Notes under the pieces: model-generated | Told to the model about the DNA's origin: nothing | Database searches by the model: none | The model's input: the letters and a program-made list of their open reading frames with translations, nothing else | Part shown: positions 56,672-64,000 of the stretch, in pieces | How the letters are laid out: each line of letters begins with the position of its first letter | How positions within the stretch are numbered: position 1 is the first letter of the stretch | Source of the DNA: a virus | Lineage: Duplodnaviria > Heunggongvirae > Uroviricota > Caudoviricetes | Strand: one strand, 5' to 3' | Virus record (IMG/VR): IMGVR_UViG_3300042868_003052 | Coordinates: 10,492 to 74,491 of that record | DNA: 64,000 nt | Position numbers and translations under genes: made by a program

Positions 56672-57859
56672 ATGACTGCACGTTCTAACGTTGCTGGTGC
56701 TGACCAGTATGTCTTGCAAGAAGCCATTAGTGCTTACTCTGACGAGGCTTACACCAACGCCAAGAAACTGACTGGTACCGGTATTGTGGGTTCTAACCCT
56801 AATATCGATACTGGCACTGAGACTTTTATTGGCCAAGTTCGTTGGATGAAACCTCTGAACCCTACGGTCAACGTAGCCTCTCTCACTGACGCGACTGATG
56901 GTCAAAAGACTAATTTCGCTTCTGAATTCCTCAACTATGTCAAGACCGTTCGTACGCATGGCGCTGAAAAAGTCAACATGCAACAAGTGGTCACTCAACA
57001 AGACGGTCTGGCTAAGATTGGTCGTGACTTCGCTGAAACTCGTTCGCAAGACGAACACAATGCGCTGTTGGCTGTCCTCAAGGGTGTTGCCATTTCTGAA
57101 GCTCTGTATGGTGCAGCTGCAGCTTCTGGTTCTGCAGGTCTTGGTGGCCAAACCTTCGACAACGATCCTACTAGCAAGCGTTATGGCTTCTATGTGGATC
57201 TTGGTGCAAGCAAGCCTGTTACCGCTGCTACCACCGCAGTGCAGGGTGCAGCCCGTGCTGAAAGCTTCTTGAATGCCTTCGGTATGGCTTACAAGGACTA
57301 TGAGCCTGAGTACGCTTACCTTGTGACTTCTCCTGAAGTTATGGCTTCTTTGCGTTCTGCCAACTTGGTTGATGAGACCAAGGTTACTGATGGTATGGTT
57401 GAATTTAGCACCATCTTTAACGGCAAGTTCCGTCTGATTCAGACTCGCGCTGCTCAAGGCTTGACTACTGCTGAACTGGCTAAGATCAACACTGGTGGCG
57501 GTGTGGATATTGTCGGTAACAAGACTTCGTTCATTGTGCTCCCTGGTGCTTTAGCAATGCAGCAACTGGCTGTCCCTGATACTGTGGAAATTACCCGTAA
57601 CGGTAATGCCTACAAGGGTGGCGGTTCTACCTCTGTGTGGTACCGTTGGGGCTATGTGTTGGCTCCTGCTGGCTATGATTGGAAAGGCACTCAAGACGCA
57701 TTCCCGTCTGATGCTGACTACATGAAGGTTGTGGCTGCTAACGGCACTACCAGCGCACTGTCGGCTTCTGCTGATGGCCTGTCTGGTTTCCAAGGTACTT
57801 GGGGTCGTAAGTTCAGCTCTGCTTTGAGCTTGGGCATCTTGCCTGTGTTCCACTCTTAA
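56672..57859 (+). CDS. major capsid protein
   Basis: 395 aa after the scaffold gene. Strong RBS aaggaaattaaATG. Ala/Gly/Thr-rich composition typical of an HK97-fold MCP. The internal minus-strand 284-aa ORF is rejected. Confidence 0.6.
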   Translation: MTARSNVAGADQYVLQEAISAYSDEAYTNAKKLTGTGIVGSNPNIDTGTETFIGQVRWMKPLNPTVNVASLTDATDGQKTNFASEFLNYVKTVRTHGAEKVNMQQVVTQQDGLAKIGRDFAETRSQDEHNALLAVLKGVAISEALYGAAAASGSAGLGGQTFDNDPTSKRYGFYVDLGASKPVTAATTAVQGAARAESFLNAFGMAYKDYEPEYAYLVTSPEVMASLRSANLVDETKVTDGMVEFSTIFNGKFRLIQTRAAQGLTTAELAKINTGGGVDIVGNKTSFIVLPGALAMQQLAVPDTVEITRNGNAYKGGGSTSVWYRWGYVLAPAGYDWKGTQDAFPSDADYMKVVAANGTTSALSASADGLSGFQGTWGRKFSSALSLGILPVFHS

Positions 57860-57872
57860 TCTGGAGTGAATC

Positions 57873-58367
57873 ATGGCACTTGAAAAAGATGTTAACTCAT
57901 TCGTAACCCTAGCAGATGCTCAAGCGTATTTTGAAAATCGCTTGGATGTTGATGCATGGACAAGTGCTACTGAATCGCAAAAGAATCAGGCGTTGATTAC
58001 AGCGACTGATATGATGTGTGAAATGCCTTGGACTGGCTATGTGGATGATGAAAATCAAAAGCTAGCCTTTCCAAGGACTGGCAGTTACTTCGATCCAAAG
58101 CTAGGTCGTGAGGTATTGCTTAATTCAACACCTGCACTTACACGCCTATACACAGCAACTTTTGAATTAGCATATCACTTGCTTAACAATGACGGTCTCT
58201 TGGATGACTCAGGTCTTGTTGATGATCTAAAGATTGGAAACATCCAACTCTCTAAGATTTCAAACCCAAATAAAGTACCTGGAATTGTTAAGACAAAGCT
58301 AAAGCCAATGTGGGGACGTGGTATTACAAGCACAGGAGCAAGCAGGTCTTGGTGGAGGGCTAATTAA
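57873..58367 (+). CDS. head-tail connector/adaptor protein (gp6/gp15-like)
   Basis: N-terminus FVTLADAQAYFENRLDVDAW resembles the Phage_connect_1 signature. Confidence 0.5.
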   Translation: MALEKDVNSFVTLADAQAYFENRLDVDAWTSATESQKNQALITATDMMCEMPWTGYVDDENQKLAFPRTGSYFDPKLGREVLLNSTPALTRLYTATFELAYHLLNNDGLLDDSGLVDDLKIGNIQLSKISNPNKVPGIVKTKLKPMWGRGITSTGASRSWWRAN

Positions 58368-58720
58368 TGAGTTACACAAAACTTATTGATAAACAGCTCA
58401 CGCTAGCCTTTAACAAGGTAAAAGATCTTGCTGTGAATGCTATTGTGCTGAAGCGTACTAACGGTGAGTTTAACTTTGCTACTGGCTTGATTGCTAGTGG
58501 TGCAACGACTCAAATCCACGTTAAAGCGATTGTCGTAGATCAGGAAAAGTCATCGAAAGATGTTAACACTGAAGTACGCCAAGTGATGTTCAAAACACAA
58601 GAGGTGACTGAGATTACTCTCCTTGATAAGATTGTTATCAATGATGTAACCTGGGCTTTTAGCAACATGCTTAAGTCTAACGGTTACGTCACTGTAGCAG
58701 AAATTTCAAAGGAGAAGTGA
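58367..58720 (+). CDS. head completion / neck protein candidate
   Basis: 117 aa, TAATG-coupled, between adaptor and tail tube genes. Confidence 0.35.
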   Translation: MSYTKLIDKQLTLAFNKVKDLAVNAIVLKRTNGEFNFATGLIASGATTQIHVKAIVVDQEKSSKDVNTEVRQVMFKTQEVTEITLLDKIVINDVTWAFSNMLKSNGYVTVAEISKEK

Positions 58721-59124
58721 TGGGTAAATTTGTTGCAACTGAAACAGCAATCTTCGCAATGATTGAGCAATTAAAACCTGCTCTTCAAGGTGCGAAGGTA
58801 TACCCCGCGAACTACCTAGCTGCAAATCCTGGTACTCTATTTCTCAAAGTAGCTGTTCTGCCGAATGGTACAGGTGTAAACTTAAAGTCTACATCTGGTG
58901 TAGTTCTTGTAGATATTTATTCACCTGCAGGTGAAGGTCCACGAATGACTTCGCTTATTGCAGATGGTGTTGACGCTTATTTGGTTGGTAAAACACTAAA
59001 TACAACTGGTGGTGTGGTTCAATTTAACAACAGTTCACTCAGTATGGGTGCTGTAGATAAAGATTCACCATCACTGTGGCGATCAACATACTCAATTCCC
59101 TTTAACTTTTATGGAGCAACGTAA
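58717..59124 (+). CDS. tail completion / terminator protein candidate
   Basis: 135 aa, ATGA-coupled. Confidence 0.35.
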   Translation: MMGKFVATETAIFAMIEQLKPALQGAKVYPANYLAANPGTLFLKVAVLPNGTGVNLKSTSGVVLVDIYSPAGEGPRMTSLIADGVDAYLVGKTLNTTGGVVQFNNSSLSMGAVDKDSPSLWRSTYSIPFNFYGAT

Positions 59125-59714
59125 TGTCTCACATTACTTCTATTGGCGCTGGTATGTTCTCGGACATGTCGGTTGCCCTGCCTGCAACTCAACTGACTGC
59201 AGCTCAACTGGCCGCTATTGACACCGCTGCTGAATTTCAAGCCCTTTTCGGCAATGAGATTGAGTCGATTGGTGGCACTAAGGCTTCCAGCACTTTCGTT
59301 CGTATCAAGAACGTTCGTGAGTTCCCTTCTATGGGTACGCCGCCTAACATTGTCAACGTGCCTGTCTATGGCTCGAAGACTTCTCAGCAAATTCAAGGTC
59401 AAGCCGATGCTCCTTCTGTGGAACTGACGCTGAACTATGTGCCTGCTGATTGGGCTGCTGGTACGCTGTTGGGCGATGCTGTTGGTGACGGTAAGCAACA
59501 CGTGTTCCGCTTCGTGATGATGAACGCTGAACCTGTAGCCTACAAGTCTGATTCCAGCACTCCTGCTGATGGTATTGGTTCTGTGCAGAACAGCCAGTAC
59601 TACTGGATCGGCAAGATCGAAGCTATTCAGGTGAATCCTCAGTTGACCGATGCAAACACTGCAACTGTCACCATCTCGATTCAATCTGAGTTCTTCGGTG
59701 CTTTCACTGAGTAA
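59124..59714 (+). CDS. major tail tube protein
   Basis: 196 aa. Position before the chaperone pair and the tape measure gene. Codon usage is GC-rich and resembles that of highly expressed genes. Confidence 0.5.
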   Translation: MSHITSIGAGMFSDMSVALPATQLTAAQLAAIDTAAEFQALFGNEIESIGGTKASSTFVRIKNVREFPSMGTPPNIVNVPVYGSKTSQQIQGQADAPSVELTLNYVPADWAAGTLLGDAVGDGKQHVFRFVMMNAEPVAYKSDSSTPADGIGSVQNSQYYWIGKIEAIQVNPQLTDANTATVTISIQSEFFGAFTE

Positions 59715-59731
59715 TCAGTAACCCTGTTGGG

Positions 59732-60046
59732 GTGTATTTGGCTGCTCACTTACTTAAATACACGGCTGCGACAGTGTGGCCCCAACAATCATTTAGAGAT
59801 ATCATGGATAATCCAGAAAATCAAGTCAAACCGTTTAGTATGTCTTACGTGTTGCGTACGACTGCTAAGCACATGCGTAAGAGTATTGACATCAGTATTC
59901 GAAAGACTTTTGAACGTGTTAGCGAATTCGCCGATGATCAAAAGAAATCCGAAGAGGTGTTTAAGACTCTTTCATTCCTGCATACTATGCGGAAACAACT
60001 CGACGACTTTCAAGAAGCTAATTCTGAGAGTTTCAAGAGTAATTAA
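59732..60046 (+). CDS. hypothetical protein
   Basis: 104-aa ORF. A Cys/Arg-rich alternative frame also exists, so uncertain. Confidence 0.25.
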   Translation: MYLAAHLLKYTAATVWPQQSFRDIMDNPENQVKPFSMSYVLRTTAKHMRKSIDISIRKTFERVSEFADDQKKSEEVFKTLSFLHTMRKQLDDFQEANSESFKSN

Positions 60047-60065
60047 GTAAATCGGAAGTTAACAA

Positions 60066-60413
60066 ATGTCAGCTTCAATTCAAATCCCCAAAGGAAAACA
60101 AATGTCGGATGAAAAAGGTATCAAGGGTCTCGTTGGTCGTAAGATGACTAAAGAAGTGGCCTTCATGGGCGATAAAGTCAAGATCGCTAAGCTTAGCGTT
60201 TCAGAAGTTCTGGGAATCCAAGAACGCGCTAAGGATCTGGAAAAGAATGACCAAGAGGGATTCGCAGTCCTGAAGACGGTTGTTCGTGCATCTGTTGAAG
60301 GTGCTAAAGATCTGTCTGATGAAGATTTCAACAATTTCCCGTTGGATGAGTTGTCGAAGCTCAGTAACGAGATCATGAAGTTCTCTGGTATCGGCCAAGA
60401 CTCGGGAAAATAA
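60066..60413 (+). CDS. tail assembly chaperone (gpG-like)
   Basis: Acidic, about 115 aa. Ends at the slippery heptamer G_GGA_AAA followed by TAA. Confidence 0.55.
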   Translation: MSASIQIPKGKQMSDEKGIKGLVGRKMTKEVAFMGDKVKIAKLSVSEVLGIQERAKDLEKNDQEGFAVLKTVVRASVEGAKDLSDEDFNNFPLDELSKLSNEIMKFSGIGQDSGK

Positions 60414-60748
60414 ATCTTTCAGATGAAGAGTTATCTATTTACGAGATTGCTTTTCATCTGAAGATTCCGGTGTACAAGCTTGCTGAAGAGATGCCTTATG
60501 AAGAGTTACTAGCTTGGATAAACTACTTTGAGCGCCGTCCTGTTGATTGGCGTGCAGATGACAGAGCTTATAAGATATTGCAGACTCAAGGTGTAAAAGA
60601 AAAGCCTTGGGCAATATTCCAGTCTTTAGGCGCAATCTACAATTCCAAGAAACCCAACGATGGTACATTGAATGTAGCTAGCCTAAAAGGTTCTACGCTG
60701 TTCTCGCGTATGTTGTCAGCAAAAGGTGGAGATAAACTTGAGCTATGA
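60404..60748 (+). CDS. tail assembly chaperone gpT-like segment, expressed by -1 frameshift as G-T fusion
   Basis: The -1 frame after GGGAAAA (60404-60410) is open and continues into ELLAWINYFERRPVDWRADDRAYKI, a lambda gpT-family motif. Confidence 0.55.
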   Translation, partial: GKINLSDEELSIYEIAFHLKIPVYKLAEEMPYEELLAWINYFERRPVDWRADDRAYKILQTQGVKEKPWAIFQSLGAIYNSKKPNDGTLNVASLKGSTLFSRMLSAKGGDKLEL

Positions 60749-61053
60749 TTCGAATTAAAGGTATTGAAAGTACAATTTCTAGTGTGAAGCAAAAAGTAGC
60801 ACAGAAATTGGAGGCTGAGCGAAGAGCCAAAATGGAAAAACTAATTTTAGACTTGAAGGCTGCAACACCTGTAGATACTGGTGAAGCACGTGATGGTTGG
60901 AAAATAGAAGGAAATTCTGTCGTAAACAGAGTGGATCATATTGGTGTTCTGAACTCAGGTTCGTCAAAGCAAGCCCCGTTACATTTTGTAGAACGGACAG
61001 TACTCGCACAAGAAGGTTTGATACCTAATGGCGTTATTGTGAAAACTACATGA
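60745..61053 (+). CDS. hypothetical tail protein (HK97 gp10-like DTGEARDGW motif)
   Basis: 102 aa, ATGA-coupled. Confidence 0.3.
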   Translation: MIRIKGIESTISSVKQKVAQKLEAERRAKMEKLILDLKAATPVDTGEARDGWKIEGNSVVNRVDHIGVLNSGSSKQAPLHFVERTVLAQEGLIPNGVIVKTT

Positions 61054-61113
61054 ACATACCCACTGGTAGATATAAATCTGCTGGTGGGTTTTATTTTGAT
61101 AAATGGAGCTCTT

Positions 61114-64000
61114 ATGTCTGGTGTACAGATAGATGTCGACGTAAGGTCTTCTAAAGCAGATAGAGACCTTGAAGGGATTAATCAGTCCCTTCGTAATATT
61201 GAAAAGACTACAAATACTACTTCTGCAGCCTTGACTAATATGTTTAAGGGTTTGGCTTTGACTGCAGCCTCTGCTGTGTCGCTGAACTCAATCAGAAACA
61301 TCTCAAGTGAATTTACAGAACTTTCCAACAAGATTGCAACAGTTACAGGCCGTACTAAAGAACTTGCAGGCGCACAAGATCGCTTGTTTAAGATTGCAGA
61401 AGAGACACGTGGTTCTCTGCAAAGTACCGTAACTACATTCTCTAGCTTCGGTCGTGCATTGAAGCAGACTGGTGCCTCTACTGAGCGTATCCTCAATGCT
61501 ACCAAAGCTGTGCAAGAGGCCATGGCATTGTCCGGCTCTAGTGCTGAGTCAGCTAATGCAGCTATCACCCAATTGGGTCAAGGTTTGTCGTCAGGTGTCC
61601 TCCGTGGTGAAGAACTTAATTCCGTATTAGAACAAGGCTCACGTCTCGGTAAGGCTATTGCTGATGAGATGGGTGTCACTACAGGTCAATTGCGTTTAAT
61701 GGCAGCTGACGGTAAGCTGACAAGTGGTGTAGTGTTTAACGCTATTCTGCGTCAGTCTCAAGCAATCAATAAAGAATTCAAAGATCTTGCGCCTACATTG
61801 TCGCAAGGTACAAGTCAGCTTAACGATGCTGTTAAGATCTACGTAAACGAACTTGATAAAGGGTTGGGTGTATCTGCTGCACTCGGCTTGTCAACGTTTA
61901 GTATGTCTAAGAGTATCAGACAAGCTGCTGAGAATGCTTTTGATCTTGGTGCACAAATCAATTTAGTCTACAATCGAGTTAGTAAGAACGTAACATCGAT
62001 TGCTGCGCCTATTGGCAACATTGCTCTTGCACTTGGTAAACAGTTCGCTAAAGTGCTTCCACAAGGCTTCCTGAGTAGAACTCTGAGTGGTGATGTCAAT
62101 GATGCACTACGTACTTTTGATGATGCAACTGGCAATTGGGTACAGAAGTACAAACAATTCAAGCTTATTGACTTAGTGTCGTGGGATAGCGACATTGAGA
62201 TTGCAATCAAGAAACTTAAGCGTCTGAGCCCTACATATTGGGCTGGAGCTGGTTTCGATGTACCTACGCTTAAGCGTTTCTTTAGCACAAAGAACATCAT
62301 GGCTTATGGTCAGGCGTTCCAAGAGCTTGCTGTGGCTATTGCTGGTAACGGTAACAGTATCACAGATACTCTGGCTGAGTTCGCTTCAGATACTCGCGCT
62401 AGTACGTTAGCTAGCCTGCGCTATTTTGGTTTCCTGCAAGACACACTCATCAACATTCGTCCTGGCCAGTTCCAAACAATCTTCAAGAGTCTCTCTGAGA
62501 TTGTCCGGGGATTTTCTGGTGCATCGATCAAGATTTATGAGTTCGGCAAGATCATTCAAACTTTCACAGATGATTATGTCATTGTCTTTGGTGTAGCTGT
62601 TAAGGATGCTTTTGTTAAGTCACTTGGTTTCATTAGTGCATTTGCCAAGGGTGCAGTTAAAGCTGTATCTTGGGCTTTTGGTGCTATCATCAATCTCTTG
62701 GATGAACTGAAACCAGTAAGCTCTGCTATTGATGAGTTCTTAGCGGCAGACGAGTACGACATGATGGCCGATGCTGTTGTAAGTAGTCTTCGTAAGATGA
62801 CTAATGCAATTGAGGCTGTCCCTGCTAAGTTGAACAAGGCTTACCAATCGATTAAAGATTTCTCAAAGAAAGTCATTCACGAATTCTTTGTGATCTATGA
62901 TGATGTTATTGCTCACTCATGGTGGACTGATACGATTGAATCTGTTGTAGATACCTCTAACAACTTATGGAATCGTGTTAGTAGTGGTTTGCAGAAGTTT
63001 GCTTCTAACACAATCAATCTGTTCAAGAGAGTGTTTGACAAGAGCAACGGTCTTTCGTTAGATTGGTCTAGCATCAAGTCTGTAGATTTCTCGTTCACTA
63101 GTTTGAAACTCCCAAAGATTGATACAGGTAGTCTGGCTGAGTCCTTTGTAACAACACTAGATTCATTGAAGAAGAATGTAACTGCATTCTTTGACGCTTT
63201 TCCTTCAATTGCAAAAGCTACTCTGGTTGGTCTTGGTGGTGTTATTATCGCCTTGATGTTCCCTGCTGGTGCAATTAAGACAGCGTTGCTGACGGCTGTA
63301 CTTACTAGTCTTGTCACTAGTGGTACATTGATTGCTGAACAATTTGGCTCTGCCTTGACTGGTGGCAGCTTTGTCTCTGAGCTAGGCTACAATATTGGTA
63401 AGGCTGCTGGTTACTTTACAGCTACCATTATCCAAGAGCTTCCAAAGCTTGTTAATGCTATTACTGGTGTGGCTTCGGCATTCACACGAGGTTTCTTAGA
63501 AGAATTGCCGCTGATTGGTACAGCATTTAAAGCTATCTTCACAGCAGCTGATGGTGCTGGTGTGAGTGGGCCTCTTGGCTTGCTTGGCACAATTGTGTTT
63601 GGAGCAGGTATTGCAAGACTGCTGATGTCACTTGATATTGCTAAGAAACCTATTGAGGGTATCTTTGACATGTTCAAGAGTATCTCAACGGTTGTCTTTG
63701 GCGGTGCTGGCGGTAAGCGAGACGGTGTCCTGTCTACATACTTCTTTGGCACGCTTGGCCCCACTCGCGCCCTGAGTTTGATCGGGGTGGCTCTGCAGTA
63801 CTTCGGTGCTTTCGACTCCCTCTTCGCCCACTCTGAATTGCTTTCTTATGCAACTAGTGGCGGTCTAATGTATCTGGCACTCGCTGGAGACCAAGGCTTG
63901 AACAAGATCACTGATATCATTGGATCTAAGGTTGTAAAACCTGTGGCTGATGCTGTTAAATCTATGGGCAAGAATGTCATGTCTGGTAATAAGACACTGT
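61114..64000 (+). CDS. tail tape measure protein (5' part; ORF runs past window end)
   Basis: RBS ggag. Open frame of more than 960 codons to the window end. Ala/Gly/Ser-rich helical N-terminal TMP-like region, C-terminal Gly/Ala-rich hydrophobic repeats. Confidence 0.65.
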   Translation, partial: MSGVQIDVDVRSSKADRDLEGINQSLRNIEKTTNTTSAALTNMFKGLALTAASAVSLNSIRNISSEFTELSNKIATVTGRTKELAGAQDRLFKIAEETRGSLQSTVTTFSSFGRALKQTGASTERILNATKAVQEAMALSGSSAESANAAITQLGQGLSSGVLRGEELNSVLEQGSRLGKAIADEMGVTTGQLRLMAADGKLTSGVVFNAILRQSQAINKEFKDLAPTLSQGTSQLNDAVKIYVNELDKGLGVSAALGLSTFSMSKSIRQAAENAFDLGAQINLVYNRVSKNVTSIAAPIGNIALALGKQFAKVLPQGFLSRTLSGDVNDALRTFDDATGNWVQKYKQFKLIDLVSWDSDIEIAIKKLKRLSPTYWAGAGFDVPTLKRFFSTKNIMAYGQAFQELAVAIAGNGNSITDTLAEFASDTRASTLASLRYFGFLQDTLINIRPGQFQTIFKSLSEIVRGFSGASIKIYEFGKIIQTFTDDYVIVFGVAVKDAFVKSLGFISAFAKGAVKAVSWAFGAIINLLDELKPVSSAIDEFLAADEYDMMADAVVSSLRKMTNAIEAVPAKLNKAYQSIKDFSKKVIHEFFVIYDDVIAHSWWTDTIESVVDTSNNLWNRVSSGLQKFASNTINLFKRVFDKSNGLSLDWSSIKSVDFSFTSLKLPKIDTGSLAESFVTTLDSLKKNVTAFFDAFPSIAKATLVGLGGVIIALMFPAGAIKTALLTAVLTSLVTSGTLIAEQFGSALTGGSFVSELGYNIGKAAGYFTATIIQELPKLVNAITGVASAFTRGFLEELPLIGTAFKAIFTAADGAGVSGPLGLLGTIVFGAGIARLLMSLDIAKKPIEGIFDMFKSISTVVFGGAGGKRDGVLSTYFFGTLGPTRALSLIGVALQYFGAFDSLFAHSELLSYATSGGLMYLALAGDQGLNKITDIIGSKVVKPVADAVKSMGKNVMSGNKTL

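Noticed and set aside
56603-57457. 284-aa minus-strand ORF inside the major capsid gene
   Set aside because: Shadow ORF with Ser/Arg-rich antisense-type composition. The + strand ORF has RBS, promoter and functional context. Every supported gene in the window is on the + strand.
59109-59684. 191-aa minus-strand ORF opposite the tail tube gene
   Set aside because: Arg/Ser-rich shadow frame of a GC-richer gene. No start context.
1-64000. CRISPR arrays, integrase, repressor or attachment-site signatures, rRNA or tRNA genes
   Set aside because: No regularly spaced direct repeats. No tyrosine/serine recombinase or CI-like motifs seen in any ORF. No tRNA-like cloverleaf noticed. Consistent with a virulent phage segment.

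Overview
This 64-kb window is a single-strand-coded segment of a virulent tailed phage genome. Every supported gene lies on the + strand, and no rRNA, tRNA or CRISPR is evident.

The window runs, in order:
- **Tail fibre/baseplate tail end:** nt 1-4018, entering mid-gene (the first ORF is open to the window start).
- **Lysis cassette:** holin-like protein, M15 endolysin, SleB-like hydrolase and a small secreted protein.
- **Early block:** small membrane-protein genes.
- **T7-like transcription/replication module:** single-subunit RNAP, gp2.5-like SSB, family-A DNAP, gp6-like exonuclease, gp4-like primase-helicase, class I RNR nrdA/nrdB, dCMP deaminase, ATP-dependent ligase, MazG-like and dNTP-diphosphohydrolase-like proteins.
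- **Accessory region (about 22-38 kb):** DHH/DHHA1 phosphoesterase, a strongly expressed small gene, thioredoxin, ClpX zinc-finger-like protein, HicA-like protein, ferritin-like protein, outer-membrane beta-barrel protein, GHKL-like ATPase, SPFH lipoprotein and ParB-like protein.
- **Packaging:** terS and terL.
- **Tail-fibre genes between terL and portal:** unusually placed here.
- **Siphovirus-type morphogenesis:** portal, MuF-like protein, scaffold, major capsid, head-tail adaptor, tail tube, G/G-T chaperone with -1 frameshift, and the start of the tape measure.

The most notable observation is a second T7-like RNA polymerase, fused at its N-terminus to a MuF (SPP1 gp7-like) head-morphogenesis domain and located right after portal. 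That position implies a packaged, injected virion RNAP. Its gene is split exactly within polymerase motif B by a roughly 862-nt group I intron carrying an HNH homing endonuclease; P1 and P10 pairings, a U at the 5' splice site and a terminal G in the intron are all visible in the sequence.

Two further free-standing homing endonucleases are present (GIY-YIG, HNH-AP2). A 21-bp conserved element (aAGCCCGTTAACTTAACCCTa, six copies, T3-promoter-like core TTAACCCT) precedes highly expressed genes and is proposed as the phage-RNAP promoter. A second 3-4-copy motif (GTATCTTATATGAtAA with an upstream TTGCGg) looks like early sigma70-type promoters.

Coordinates of small motifs were counted by hand and may be off by 1-2 nt.
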